This document shows positions 1-11,051 of a stretch of DNA of 64,000 bases, piece by piece. The translations under genes and the position numbers were made by a program. The notes under the pieces are model-generated. The model was not told the origin of the DNA. It made no database searches and worked only from the letters and a program-made list of their open reading frames with translations. The stretch is from a virus. Every line of letters starts with the position of its first letter. Position 1 is the stretch's first letter. The stretch lies in UHGV virus genome UHGV-0251519. One strand, written 5' to 3'.

Positions 1-780
1 CAAGACAGCAGCATTTCTATAGATGGTATAACTGCTGACACTGTTGAAGGTGCTTTGACTGAACTTGATACTGATATATCTGCATTGCAAAATAAGACGC
101 AGAATATAACTCAAGCTTCATCCGAATCTACTCAGTTTCAGGGAACAGTTAACGCTGACACGTTTTCAGGTACCACGATTAGTGGACAAACACTTACAGC
201 AGGTAACCAGTTAACTGTTAATGGTTCGGTAACTGGTTCTGCCATTCAGACAACACTGAGCGCTTCTTCGACGGATCAACAGCTGCCTTCTGCGAAAGCT
301 GTATACGACGGCTTGGCTGCAAAGCAAGATGCACTGACATACTATGAAGAAAGTGCAGCTAGCGGTGGTTCCGTAACCGTAGGCGCTACCACACAAGCTG
401 AAACTCCTCCGAGTGCTGTAACAGTAGCTAATGCTAATATAAGCGTGCAACTGACCACATCAACGTTAAATACAAGTAACACAAACGGTGGTATATTAAA
501 TCGTGAAACTGCTTTTAACTCGACGAGTCAAACAGGGTCGATTACCATACCATCAAATGTTAGTAGCTTGGCTGGATATAAAGTCGTATTTGACACAATA
601 GCGTCAGAGGGTGGCGCCAAGTCTCGTACGGTCTTTGAATATGATGCAACTAATAACGTTTGGTATCGTGAAGTAATATTTGGAACAGGCGCTTCAATTA
701 CTTCGATGAGCGGTAACACTGTAAACTATGATTTAGGTGTTGCTGTTAGCAGCGCTAATATTGCGGTTTCAATGCTTTAA
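1..780 (+). CDS. Tail fibre / virion adhesin, 5'-truncated by window edge
   Basis: Frame open from base 1; Thr/Ser/Gly-rich; motif SAKAVYDGLAAKQDALTYY also recurs in the next ORF. Confidence 0.65.
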   Translation, partial: QDSSISIDGITADTVEGALTELDTDISALQNKTQNITQASSESTQFQGTVNADTFSGTTISGQTLTAGNQLTVNGSVTGSAIQTTLSASSTDQQLPSAKAVYDGLAAKQDALTYYEESAASGGSVTVGATTQAETPPSAVTVANANISVQLTTSTLNTSNTNGGILNRETAFNSTSQTGSITIPSNVSSLAGYKVVFDTIASEGGAKSRTVFEYDATNNVWYREVIFGTGASITSMSGNTVNYDLGVAVSSANIAVSML

Positions 781-803
781 ACGTAAATCATATTATTTCT
801 TAC

Positions 804-833
804 AACTCCGAGAGGTTTCTCTCGGAGTTTTTT
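804..833 (+). terminator. Intrinsic terminator
   Basis: Stem aactccgag...ctcggagtt followed by a T-run. Confidence 0.75.
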
Positions 834-887
834 GTTGCATTCTGATTACGCCTATGGCAAGCTAAACATAAATTCCATTAAAACTAA

Positions 888-2783
888 ATGAGTACTCCTG
901 TTACCACTTACGATAAACGACCTGTAATTGTTTCTCCCACTGCTCCAACATCTTTGGAACAATTAAGATATTTATGGTTAGATATTTCTGAAACGACTCC
1001 TGTATTAAAATACTATAATAATACCGGAATATGGGAAGCTATAAATAATGTTGATACCAGTAGTTTCTTAACAACCAATGGTGTTCAAACAATTACCGGA
1101 GCCAAGACCTTTAATACAGGAACCATTACGGTAGCGGATATTACTGTAGACGATGTTACTATAGAAGGTATCGATACCATTAAACTTACAGATGACGATA
1201 CACATGTTCCTACATCTAAATTAGTAGAAGATACCTTGGTTAGTGCTATTTCCGGTTTAGAAACTTCTATTGATGGAAAATTAGCAACAAAAGCAAATAC
1301 TGCTGACGTAGTATTAAAGACTGCTATATCCACGTCCATCCCAAGCGCAGGTGCGGTTGATACTAAGGTTGCTTCAGAAAAAGCCGTTGCTGATAGCTTA
1401 GCGGCTAAGCAAAATACTCTTAAGTATTATTCTGAGGGAAGCAACACCGTAGATATTACTACCTCACAACAAGCGAATAGTCATATAAATATAAAAGCGG
1501 GCCACTTAGGAGTATCTGCAGGATTTGGCCCATATGAAGATCCAATGGCTTACTTTGGTATATTTAGTGGTTCTTCATATGAATCTGGATTGTCTATAGG
1601 GATGTGCGTTACTTCTGGGGGGGTTGATATTACATCTCCTACTGAAGGATTCCGTATAAATGGATCTACACCTAACGTTACTACAATTGTTGATAGCATA
1701 AGCTTAGACAGTGGTGGGGAAAATGCATTACCTACTGCAAGCGCCGTGCGTGTTGCGATTAACCAAATAAAAACCGACTTAGGATCAGCATTAACCTACA
1801 AAGGCAGTGTTGATACCTATGATCAACTCCCAGACGATGCTGAAGTAGGTGATACATGGAATGTTGCACAAGCATATCAAACATACCCCGCAGGTACAAA
1901 CTATGCGTGGACTGGTACCGCTTGGGACGCGCTTGGTGGTTCGGTAGACCTTAGTGGATATCAAACAAAGTCAGATGATACACTTGCCACTTCTGCTAAA
2001 ACTGTAGTGGGTGCTATCAATGAAGTTAATACTGCATTATCAGATAAACAGGATAAATTACTTTATTATTCCGAAACATCAGGAGGTACTCCTTCTGCTA
2101 CAATTTCTGCCGCAAATATTAAATTTACAGGTAGAGTTGCTGAAGGTGGTGGTACAACTGCTTCAGGTCAATATTCTCACGCTGAAGGTCAGTATACAAC
2201 TGCTTCAAGTGATTATCAACATGCCCAAGGAAAATTTAACATAGAAGATGTTAATGACAAATATGCAGATATTATAGGTAATGGAACTTCACCATCTGCA
2301 AGATCAAATGCAGCGACTATTTCTTGGGAAGGTATCACTTGGTCCAAAACAGATGTAAGAGCTGGTGGAACTGATCAAGATTCAGCTGCTCATTCTTTAG
2401 CAAATAAACAAAACGCTACCGATAATTCTCTTACAACTACAGACAAAACTATTGTAGGTGCTATTAATGAATTAAAAACGGCTACGGATGCAATGGTAGT
2501 TGTTTCCACAGATAATGCTATAAATGTTGCTCCAACCACGGCGCAAACGGGAGTATTAATTGCGTCTTCCAAAACAAATGGCGGAAATGTTATAATTACT
2601 CCAAAAATTACCAACACAGGGGCATGCTATTTAAGCACATCTTCCACATATAGCAATTTAAATCCAATTTATCCCGACCCGACTAATAACAAATACACAT
2701 ATCCTAATCTCGATACAGTGTATCTTTTTGTTGATAACGCAGGAGATTCAGCGGATATTGTTATAGAAAACTTTGCCGGTTAA
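888..2783 (+). CDS. Tail fibre protein
   Basis: YKGSVDTY..LP..GDTWNV..GTNYAWTGTAWDALGG module, SHAEG-type YadA-head-like repeats, two KT(V/I)VGAINE repeats. Confidence 0.75.
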   Translation: MSTPVTTYDKRPVIVSPTAPTSLEQLRYLWLDISETTPVLKYYNNTGIWEAINNVDTSSFLTTNGVQTITGAKTFNTGTITVADITVDDVTIEGIDTIKLTDDDTHVPTSKLVEDTLVSAISGLETSIDGKLATKANTADVVLKTAISTSIPSAGAVDTKVASEKAVADSLAAKQNTLKYYSEGSNTVDITTSQQANSHINIKAGHLGVSAGFGPYEDPMAYFGIFSGSSYESGLSIGMCVTSGGVDITSPTEGFRINGSTPNVTTIVDSISLDSGGENALPTASAVRVAINQIKTDLGSALTYKGSVDTYDQLPDDAEVGDTWNVAQAYQTYPAGTNYAWTGTAWDALGGSVDLSGYQTKSDDTLATSAKTVVGAINEVNTALSDKQDKLLYYSETSGGTPSATISAANIKFTGRVAEGGGTTASGQYSHAEGQYTTASSDYQHAQGKFNIEDVNDKYADIIGNGTSPSARSNAATISWEGITWSKTDVRAGGTDQDSAAHSLANKQNATDNSLTTTDKTIVGAINELKTATDAMVVVSTDNAINVAPTTAQTGVLIASSKTNGGNVIITPKITNTGACYLSTSSTYSNLNPIYPDPTNNKYTYPNLDTVYLFVDNAGDSADIVIENFAG

Positions 2784-2787
2784 TTAA

Positions 2788-5040
2788 ATGAGCAATACAT
2801 ATCAACGAATAAAAAGGATCCATCTTTTAACAGACACTAATCTTGCAATTGCAGGATCAGTGACAGAAACTTTGCCTGCTACGATAACAATTGATGAAAA
2901 CAATTATTTAAATAGCAGAGTTGGAAAGTCAGGACGATTGCCAACTGCAGGATGTTGCTTAAGATTTGATGCAAACAATCCATCAATTTACATTGAGACA
3001 ATAATTCCTTCTTCCACAGTAAATAATTTTGATATAATTATTAAGGGCGAGGGAACAAAAGAATTATTAAAGGTTGATACATCTACTGATTTTATCAGAT
3101 TTGTTTTAACGAAAACTCCTGCATCAAATGAATATTTTGATTTAAGTTATATTGTTTTTATCGGTAAAACTTCGCAGAAGATTGAACATTTATTTGAATG
3201 CGAAGAACGGGTTACAATATTTGTTTTATATGATGCATGTGATCAATACGGAGGATTTGCTTCTTTAAAAAGCGTTTCTTCGATATCAAGTTTGCGTATT
3301 GCTTCGCCTGCAAAAGAATTTATATCCCAATATGATCCAAATAGTTGTTTAAAAAATAGCTTAACCGTAGGCCCACATTGCTTTGTAAGGGTGCCTACGT
3401 GGACGCAGCTAACGGAAATTAATTTGCCAGTTTCATTTTGCATAACGTATGACGTGGAATCTTGGGAAGGTATTGGCAATGGCGCTAATCAAGGTATAGC
3501 ATTTTTTGATAGTTATACATATAATTGGGCGGATAATTTTCCTTCTGGAATTTTATTCCAATATTATTCTAATACAACTTATGGGGGTATTTTAGAATTT
3601 ACGGTTGCTGTGGCAAATACCGTACCTGCAATACAAAGATATCAATTTCAATATCGCCAACCGTTGCCTACAGGCAAGCATACTCTTGTTATTACTTTAA
3701 ATAACACTTTAACTTCAGGACGACCCTCAAACCCGAAGTTGTATATCGATGGCGTTGATACACCTATTGTTACAACAAGCACAGGATTAACGGAAACTTC
3801 GCTAAACATTTCCAGCGGGTTAGAATTAGCTATAGGGTCTTGGTATAACTACATTACCGGAATTGGAACCTCATTTAAAGGACCGTTAATTTCGGTAACT
3901 TTGTCGCGTCCGTGTATTTTAAATTTTGACATGTCGGATGCCAATACTTCATATACGGTGTCTGATTACGTAAATGAAGTTACGCCGCCATTAGATAATT
4001 GTTTAATATATTTAGATAATGCAGGGTTTCATTCGTGGCTGGATAAGTCTGCGCAAGAGCATACAACCTCCTATTATGATGCCGGAGTTGAAGTCGAAAA
4101 CCGTCAATTGCCTAATAAAAATTATGGCATGTGGGTAAATGCCGTGGGCGGTGGAAATTGCGGATTATTTTCTGCATTTAGTGAAACTTTAGGATGTGAT
4201 TATCAATATAATGACATAAATGGGGATCCGCATACGGGATGGGATGGGGGTGTTGTTAATTACACAAGTTCCGGAACTACCTATCAAGTTACGATGGGGG
4301 GTAGGGGTACACCCTCTGATGGCACCAGCCAGCCTGCAGGTTTGACTACTACTCCTATTGTAAGATACATAGATCCTTACAGCGGTTTAAGAACTGGGTG
4401 TTATTTAAATGGGGGATTACCGACTGTAGCTGCGTCATCCAGGCCAGTTATGTGCTGTGAAAATCGTGACCTAAGTTTAGACGCCGATAAACCTGATTGC
4501 ATTAAATACGCAATAAATTATTCCCAATTTCAAGATCCCAGAACAAATTGGTATAATTTTAAACTTGATGTCTCAGGGGGTACTTACTTTGGTTACAGAA
4601 TATACAATTTTTTAAATAGTTATGATTATCCTGTGAATGTAGTTGGATATTTAAGATATAGAGTATCCCTTTGGTTTAGACGTAACTCAGGTTTTACTAT
4701 GACAGATCACCTAGATTCAATAGCGCGTGTGGGTATCGGACTTGTTAATGCGTTTGATGCTTATTGGAATTTATCTAACTATCCCTATGATACTTGGGTC
4801 TATGTTACCAAAGAATTTTATGATCCAACTCGGGTTGAGCATTATTGGCAGATGACTCCATCGATATGCGCATGGTATCGGATTAATGATCCTTTGCAAT
4901 GGACAACAAACGAACCTATAGCAGCTTTAGCAAATCCCAAAATCGATTTGATTGGGGCATATGACCCAAATGACCATACGAAATTATGGGATATACCGGA
5001 AGAAGCTTATATAGGTTTAACACCAAGGAGGGTTTTGTAA
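2788..5040 (+). CDS. Virion-associated protein with probable LamG/ConA-like lectin domain
   Basis: GKHTLVIT...PKLYIDG...LAIGSW pattern; aromatic-rich; follows the tail fibres. Confidence 0.55.
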   Translation: MSNTYQRIKRIHLLTDTNLAIAGSVTETLPATITIDENNYLNSRVGKSGRLPTAGCCLRFDANNPSIYIETIIPSSTVNNFDIIIKGEGTKELLKVDTSTDFIRFVLTKTPASNEYFDLSYIVFIGKTSQKIEHLFECEERVTIFVLYDACDQYGGFASLKSVSSISSLRIASPAKEFISQYDPNSCLKNSLTVGPHCFVRVPTWTQLTEINLPVSFCITYDVESWEGIGNGANQGIAFFDSYTYNWADNFPSGILFQYYSNTTYGGILEFTVAVANTVPAIQRYQFQYRQPLPTGKHTLVITLNNTLTSGRPSNPKLYIDGVDTPIVTTSTGLTETSLNISSGLELAIGSWYNYITGIGTSFKGPLISVTLSRPCILNFDMSDANTSYTVSDYVNEVTPPLDNCLIYLDNAGFHSWLDKSAQEHTTSYYDAGVEVENRQLPNKNYGMWVNAVGGGNCGLFSAFSETLGCDYQYNDINGDPHTGWDGGVVNYTSSGTTYQVTMGGRGTPSDGTSQPAGLTTTPIVRYIDPYSGLRTGCYLNGGLPTVAASSRPVMCCENRDLSLDADKPDCIKYAINYSQFQDPRTNWYNFKLDVSGGTYFGYRIYNFLNSYDYPVNVVGYLRYRVSLWFRRNSGFTMTDHLDSIARVGIGLVNAFDAYWNLSNYPYDTWVYVTKEFYDPTRVEHYWQMTPSICAWYRINDPLQWTTNEPIAALANPKIDLIGAYDPNDHTKLWDIPEEAYIGLTPRRVL

Positions 5041-5363
5041 TGATCGCAGTAATATCATATGATTCCACAGATTCGATTTCTCAAGAATGTAACATTACAC
5101 CTGCGCAAGTTTTGCCTAAAGTGAATGATACAAATACTTTGGATTTTTCATCCGGCATAACGAATTTAGCAGAAACAAATATTTATGAAACTACAGTTTT
5201 GAATGTGACATCCATAGCTTCGGGAACTGTAAGCGCATTTAATGACGGGTTATTTTTTAAAAACAATAACGGAACTTTAACGAATTTTGTTTTTTACAAT
5301 AACCCTTATGCTTTGAATAATATTGATAAAATTCGATTAACAGCTAAATCTAAATTTGCCTAA
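5040..5363 (+). CDS. Hypothetical tail-associated protein (start re-called at ATG 5040)
   Basis: TAATG overlap with the upstream stop. Confidence 0.55.
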   Translation: MIAVISYDSTDSISQECNITPAQVLPKVNDTNTLDFSSGITNLAETNIYETTVLNVTSIASGTVSAFNDGLFFKNNNGTLTNFVFYNNPYALNNIDKIRLTAKSKFA

Positions 5364-5374
5364 TTATTAAAACC

Positions 5375-5854
5375 ATGATTACCTTAATTTTACCTAAATC
5401 AATCACTTTGCCAACTAGTCAATATTTTGACTACGTAACTTATTTTTCTAATTGCGGATATCCGGTTAATTATAGCGAGACTAATTCTCAACTGGCTCAG
5501 CAAATTGTGCCTGTAGAATTAAAAGATGCGATTTCTTTAGATTATATAAAGGATATTGTACAAAAAGGCGGAGACGTATTAAATTTTGCTTATAATATTC
5601 CTTTAACAAGTTTGGATATATTTAATAACAGAAGTGTGCCGGAAAGCATTTTAACCAAGCTTAACATTCCTACAACACTTATAATTGCAGACGGACATGA
5701 TGAAACTTCAGAAATTACATTGCCTGAAGTAAAATGGCGCGATGAATTTTTTACTCAATATGACGAAACCAACAAACAAATTTTAAATAGCGCTTTTGGA
5801 GAATATCTTCCAATGAGCATTAGTTTGGAAATTGAAAATATTTTAAATACTTAA
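5375..5854 (+). CDS. Hypothetical protein
   Basis: 159-aa ORF in operon. Confidence 0.55.
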   Translation: MITLILPKSITLPTSQYFDYVTYFSNCGYPVNYSETNSQLAQQIVPVELKDAISLDYIKDIVQKGGDVLNFAYNIPLTSLDIFNNRSVPESILTKLNIPTTLIIADGHDETSEITLPEVKWRDEFFTQYDETNKQILNSAFGEYLPMSISLEIENILNT

Positions 5855-5881
5855 GAATCATAAAGTAAAGGAGTTAAAGTT

Positions 5882-8800
5882 ATGCGCATTAAGACGCTGG
5901 AGAATATAATTGATAGCGTTGATCCTTATTTTATCTTAAAGGATCTGGGGTTTTCCATTGGTCAAAAGCCCGCAAAACAAATTATTGATTATAAACTGCG
6001 TAATTGCTCGGCTAATAATTACGGTGATACCGGAGCTGAAGAGTCGGATTTAATTTTAAAAGAATCGACATTAGAAGATTTGCCGGTTGATTCAGCTGAT
6101 GCTATGGAGGCATATTACGCAAAGATCAACGGCAATTTATTGCGCGTATTGCCCTTTGGCTATCTAAATATAGATACATTATTTCAATTATCTAATACGC
6201 AAGAATTTTTGCCATTGGAAAAGCTGGAAGATAAGATGTTTGTCGCAGGCACTTCCATAGACATGTTGGCGTATTATATGCGGGGCGATTACACGAAAGC
6301 CTTTAAAATATTTTTTAAATATTACGGCGTGCAACTTAAAAGCAAACTTTTGCATGAACCTGCATATGTGGAAAAAGCGTTAAAGCATATTTTAATCAAG
6401 CGCAGAAACGTTTTAAATATTATTGTAGCATCTTTATTCGCCCAACCATCCGAATTGTCTCATCAATTTGTTGAAACAAAAAAATGGATGCATCGCGGCA
6501 ATGTCCGAAGCATCAAAGGCATAGGTTTCCCTATAGATTCAGTGCATTTGTTTTATATGCTGAAATTTATTGCCGACAACAACGTGCTGTCTTATACACC
6601 GGAAATTATTTCTTTGGATCAGCAAGATTTAAAAGTTAAAGAAGACAATAGCAGTTTTGCGTCTTTTATAAATGGCAAGTTATTTAAGGAAAGCAACGAA
6701 TGGATCGTTGTGCCTTACTTTGCAGATTATCATATCATCAATAGTTTAAAGTTTATTAATCCCAGAAATAACAGCTGTTATCAGGTTTATTTAAACAACT
6801 ATAAAAATTCTTTTGCGGGCATTTATGCTTTAAACCTGCATATTGATTTTAACAATACCAAGGTGCGCGTATTGGAAAATGTATATGAAACCATCGTGTT
6901 GCATAATTATGCCAAGGAATGTTTGGAATTAGAAGCAAACAACCAGTGTTATCTTGCTGTAGATTTAAATACAAATGAACCGAATAACCTTAGGTCAAAT
7001 CTAAGCGCATTTAGAAAACTGATCTTTTTAAATGACTATAATAGCAGTTTGCAAACAATTAAATCGCTGCATGATTCTTTATTGTTAAAAGACAGCACTG
7101 ATGCAGATTTATATATCTGCGATTATCATGAGTATAAAGAAGACAATTATTTATATACCTATAACGCATTTGTTGAAAACAAATATAAAACCTTAATTAT
7201 TAATGCCGCAAGAACCACGGCTACGGGGGTTTCATCAGAACTGCAGTATTTGATGAATATTTTTGATGTTAATCAGCTGCCATTTAAACGCCGCCTATTT
7301 GAATGGATAAAAGAAAATAATTATACATCTGTGTTGCAAAAACTTAACGCCATGTCCAGGGAGATGGTAGAGTTTAACAATTTTGTTATTTGGGAAACAT
7401 CGGACGGATATATTGTCGAACCTAAAGACGACCCTTCCAATACTCAAATCCTTTCCAACTTTATTATAAAGGTTGATCAAAATATTATCTTTAAGGATTC
7501 GGAGGAGATAATACATAAAGGCCGTTTAATTATGGGGGGCGATCAAGAGTATGCTATAGCTTTTAGCAAAAAAGATTTATTAAAAAAATCAGCCATCGAA
7601 GATTTGGCTTTAAAGGCTTATACAAGATTTACCGTAACAAACTTAATTGAAGACGATGAAAATATTAAGTTAAATTTGCCTACTTTATTTGAAGGAAGCG
7701 ACAGTCCTTTTTATAAAAATTTAATCAGCGTTATCAGGCATAATATCAACAAAGCACCTTGTAAATATGGAACGCTTTCTCTTGGATGGGATAGGGCAAA
7801 TGGCGTGTATACTGCATTAGCATGGCAGGCGACTGCGTTAAAGTTTAACTTAAAAAGCCAAAATGTGTTTTCGTTTTTATCCAGCCAAAGTAATGACACT
7901 GTGGAGTGCATGAGCAAGGATTTAAAACTATGTTTTTCGTCCGACGTGCCCGTGCGCATGAGCTATAAGAAGTATGCGAAGTTCTTAAATTCGGGGGTTA
8001 GGGACATCATAAGTTATATCATATCCGTATTTTATAGGCAATTTTTAGGATATAATACAAAACCTTTATACGTTTATGACTCTGTAAACGCACGCAATTT
8101 AATTAAGTTTATATTTTTAGCATTAGGCCAGATTGCACCGTTTAATGTGCCGACAAATGATAGATTTATTAAATCTAAAAAACTGTTTAATGGATTAAAT
8201 GAATATCCCATTTATTTGCGTTGTAAAAATATGGCGCTTTTATCTGAAACATATCCCGAGTATCCTTATGTAATATTTGTTACGCAAGATAATGTAACTG
8301 AGGATAATGAAAAGGAAATTTATAATGTTAATTACGGCTTAACCGCGCAAGCGTATAAACAAGTAACTAAATTTGCATTGGATTCGTTAAGCAGATTTTT
8401 TAAATGGATGTTTAGCGTTAATGTCGAAGAATTTGCTTTAGATGATCAGATTGCCAGCAATGGATTACAGCTGATTGAAGAGGGCAATTTAATTTTTAAT
8501 TATCTGTGGTGGGATAACGTTTTGGTTGCTTGTCAGTCGGAAATTAATCCTACGGCGGCATTAAGGGACTTGCTAATGTCCATGACGCTTAGGCAGGTAA
8601 TGGGACATTTGTCTTATTATCCAAAAGGCGATAATGGCAACGGTCAATATGTGTTTAGAAAAGCCATGTTGCCGGAGGGATTAACGGCGAAAGCCCATAC
8701 CCTTGTATATAATTGCAGAAAGCATAAACTGGGGGCATATATTAAACAGCAAAGCAACGAATCTTGGTGTAGCGTTTATTATGCCATGAATAAAGAATTT

Positions 8801-8968
8801 GTCGAAGATGTTCTGCAAGATGTAATGACCAAAGACGGTTATCCTATCAAACCCGAAGAATTAAAAATATTTGTGGAATCGGGAGTGGTATTGCAACTTA
8901 CTGAATGGAAAAAGCCTGCACGTGTTGTTGATCGTGAAGTATTTGAGTCTGCGCAACAAGCGACCTGA
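5882..8968 (+). CDS. Large hypothetical protein (1028 aa)
   Basis: Long ORF with AGGAG RBS; no confidently recognised motif. Confidence 0.6.
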   Translation: MRIKTLENIIDSVDPYFILKDLGFSIGQKPAKQIIDYKLRNCSANNYGDTGAEESDLILKESTLEDLPVDSADAMEAYYAKINGNLLRVLPFGYLNIDTLFQLSNTQEFLPLEKLEDKMFVAGTSIDMLAYYMRGDYTKAFKIFFKYYGVQLKSKLLHEPAYVEKALKHILIKRRNVLNIIVASLFAQPSELSHQFVETKKWMHRGNVRSIKGIGFPIDSVHLFYMLKFIADNNVLSYTPEIISLDQQDLKVKEDNSSFASFINGKLFKESNEWIVVPYFADYHIINSLKFINPRNNSCYQVYLNNYKNSFAGIYALNLHIDFNNTKVRVLENVYETIVLHNYAKECLELEANNQCYLAVDLNTNEPNNLRSNLSAFRKLIFLNDYNSSLQTIKSLHDSLLLKDSTDADLYICDYHEYKEDNYLYTYNAFVENKYKTLIINAARTTATGVSSELQYLMNIFDVNQLPFKRRLFEWIKENNYTSVLQKLNAMSREMVEFNNFVIWETSDGYIVEPKDDPSNTQILSNFIIKVDQNIIFKDSEEIIHKGRLIMGGDQEYAIAFSKKDLLKKSAIEDLALKAYTRFTVTNLIEDDENIKLNLPTLFEGSDSPFYKNLISVIRHNINKAPCKYGTLSLGWDRANGVYTALAWQATALKFNLKSQNVFSFLSSQSNDTVECMSKDLKLCFSSDVPVRMSYKKYAKFLNSGVRDIISYIISVFYRQFLGYNTKPLYVYDSVNARNLIKFIFLALGQIAPFNVPTNDRFIKSKKLFNGLNEYPIYLRCKNMALLSETYPEYPYVIFVTQDNVTEDNEKEIYNVNYGLTAQAYKQVTKFALDSLSRFFKWMFSVNVEEFALDDQIASNGLQLIEEGNLIFNYLWWDNVLVACQSEINPTAALRDLLMSMTLRQVMGHLSYYPKGDNGNGQYVFRKAMLPEGLTAKAHTLVYNCRKHKLGAYIKQQSNESWCSVYYAMNKEFVEDVLQDVMTKDGYPIKPEELKIFVESGVVLQLTEWKKPARVVDREVFESAQQAT

Positions 8969-9058
8969 AAAAATTTAAATTTTTGAGGTAAATATAATTG
9001 TGTAAGCTTTGAAGTCAAATTCAGAGGATCGCGCGATGCTCTTTTTTTTAATTTAACT

Positions 9059-9307
9059 ATGGCTAAAAAAATGAAATATTTTAAATACTTGTTTTTATTA
9101 TCCTTTTTGTTCATCGGCACTGCTACTGCACAAGAGTCGATTATTATCAACGGCCATGCGCATATTGCCGTAACGGTTTTCGTCAACGGACAACCTAAAA
9201 AGATATGGACGCACGATCCAAATGCTTGTGCAAAATGCACGTTAGATAAATTAAAAAAAACCAACCGACAAATATTAAATCATTGGTATGGCGCTAAAAA
9301 GCCTTAG
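9059..9307 (+). CDS. Small exported protein
   Basis: Signal peptide (KKMKYFKYLFLLSFLFIGTATA-Q); CxxC. Confidence 0.5.
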   Translation: MAKKMKYFKYLFLLSFLFIGTATAQESIIINGHAHIAVTVFVNGQPKKIWTHDPNACAKCTLDKLKKTNRQILNHWYGAKKP

Positions 9308-9435
9308 CATGTGAAAAAATACCTTTTTTTGAGGTATATATATTTAGAAAGGTATTATTAACTTTCAGATGCGAGATATTATTCAATATTTCGCATTTTT
9401 TTAACTATTAAACAAGAAAAAAGGATTAAAAAAAA

Positions 9436-10128
9436 ATGGACAAGGAAATTCGTCTACAGAAGGTTATAGAACAACATCAAATTTGGTTAACCGATCGATC
9501 CAAAGGTAGCCGAGCGTATTTGGCTTATTTAGATCTTAGTGGTTTAGAGTTTCCTTATGTAGATTTGCGTTATGCAGACTTAAGTGGGGCTGACTTAAGT
9601 AAGTCAGATCTTAGTAATGCAGATTTTAGCAATGCATGTCTAGATCATACAATTTTTGATGGTTCAGACTTGAGCAGAGCATGTTTCTGCAATGCAAGTA
9701 TGAGGTATTCATGTCTTAGGACTGCAAATCTGACCAATGCAAACCTACGTAAAGCAGACCTTTTTTGCTCAGATTTTCATTGTGCAAATCTTACGAATGC
9801 AAACTTAAGTTACGCAAATCTTGTCTTTGCTAGGTTATGTGAAGCATGCTTAGGCCTAGCAAAGCTTCATAAAGCAAATCTTGCTAACGCAAATATTAGT
9901 TGCGCACATTTTAGTGATCGCATTGTTTGCGTTGATTGCATAGGTTCCGTTAAACGACCCACAATTTACAACATCACGAAAGATATTGTATGGTGCGGAT
10001 GTTTTTGTGGAACGTTTAAAGAATGGGTCGCGAAAATCCGTAAAACCTATCCGAATAAAAATAACCCTTATCGAAAGGAATATGAAGCAGCAATTGCTTA
10101 TTTTAAGTCCCTTGCAGGGATTAAATAA
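9436..10128 (+). CDS. Pentapeptide repeat protein
   Basis: A(D/N)L(S/T)x repeats; C-terminal WCGCFCGT domain. Confidence 0.9.
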   Translation: MDKEIRLQKVIEQHQIWLTDRSKGSRAYLAYLDLSGLEFPYVDLRYADLSGADLSKSDLSNADFSNACLDHTIFDGSDLSRACFCNASMRYSCLRTANLTNANLRKADLFCSDFHCANLTNANLSYANLVFARLCEACLGLAKLHKANLANANISCAHFSDRIVCVDCIGSVKRPTIYNITKDIVWCGCFCGTFKEWVAKIRKTYPNKNNPYRKEYEAAIAYFKSLAGIK

Positions 10129-10157
10129 AAAATACAAAAAAAAAGAAAGGATTAAAA

Positions 10158-10655
10158 ATGGAAATAACCATAACTATCAACGGTAACTCCGAATATGAAC
10201 TTTACAACGAGTTCATGGATAAATTGCTGAAAATTAGAAACAACAATAATAAGACTGCAAAAAATAAACGCAGTCTTAAAGAATTGTTTAAAACTATTCC
10301 GCCTTTCTGCATCAAAACTGCAGAAAGGGTATTTCCTGCAGAATATAAAGATATAGCAAAAGACACCAAAAAACTTTGGCCTTTTGTTAACAATCTCAAA
10401 GCTGCAGGATTTATTAACCCTTGTGGCTATACAAAACCGCAAGGCTCCACGAGACTTTACGTCTCGTACTGTGGAGTAGACTATGATTCCAAATCTATTA
10501 CAGTGGAAGCGGACGGCTCGTTGTCCGTTGATCCAGAACTGCTAAATTGGGATCCGTTTTCAATCGGCGGTGCTCCTGAAACAATAAAACCGGGGCACAA
10601 TCTTATTATAGCAACCTCGGGTGTAATTGTTTCAAAGGAATTTGCCGATGAATAA
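10158..10655 (+). CDS. Hypothetical protein
   Basis: ORF with AAGGA RBS. Confidence 0.55.
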   Translation: MEITITINGNSEYELYNEFMDKLLKIRNNNNKTAKNKRSLKELFKTIPPFCIKTAERVFPAEYKDIAKDTKKLWPFVNNLKAAGFINPCGYTKPQGSTRLYVSYCGVDYDSKSITVEADGSLSVDPELLNWDPFSIGGAPETIKPGHNLIIATSGVIVSKEFADE

Positions 10656-10944
10656 CCGCAATACTTGGACTACGGCCAAGTTTTATAAACGCTTAAAAGA
10701 ATTTATGCGGGATAATCCGGATTTAACCGAATCCGAGGCCTGCAGCATTCTTGGCAAGCGTGGCGCTGAAAACCGTAAAAAATCACAACTATCACGTTGT
10801 GAAAAACAAAAGTCAGCGTCAGTGAATATCCAAAATTTTACTGTAAATTTCTACTTGACGGAAGGTAATGGATATTCCATAAAGGGAAAAATTAAAAACA
10901 AAAAATCCACTGGCAATAATGCGCAGTTGGAATTTGATTTTTAA
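10648..10944 (+). CDS. Hypothetical basic protein (start re-called at ATG 10648)
   Basis: Overlaps the upstream stop. Confidence 0.5.
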   Translation: MNNRNTWTTAKFYKRLKEFMRDNPDLTESEACSILGKRGAENRKKSQLSRCEKQKSASVNIQNFTVNFYLTEGNGYSIKGKIKNKKSTGNNAQLEFDF

Positions 10945-10960
10945 TTTTTTCTTGCATTAT

Positions 10961-11031
10961 AGTCGCATGGTGTAATGGTAGCACAGATGATTTTGGTTCA
11001 TCTAGCCTAGGTTCAAACCCTAGTGCGACTA
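10961..11031 (+). tRNA. tRNA-Gln(UUG)
   Basis: Acceptor agtcgca/tgcgact; anticodon arm gatga-tt-TTG-gt-tcatc; T arm ctagg-ttcaaac-cctag; no encoded CCA. Confidence 0.9.
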
Positions 11032-11051
11032 TTGTTCTTTTCTAAACAAAC

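Noticed and set aside
5882..8968. Primase-helicase or RNA polymerase call for the 1028-aa ORF
   Set aside because: No Walker A, Toprim or DxDGD motif could be identified; left hypothetical
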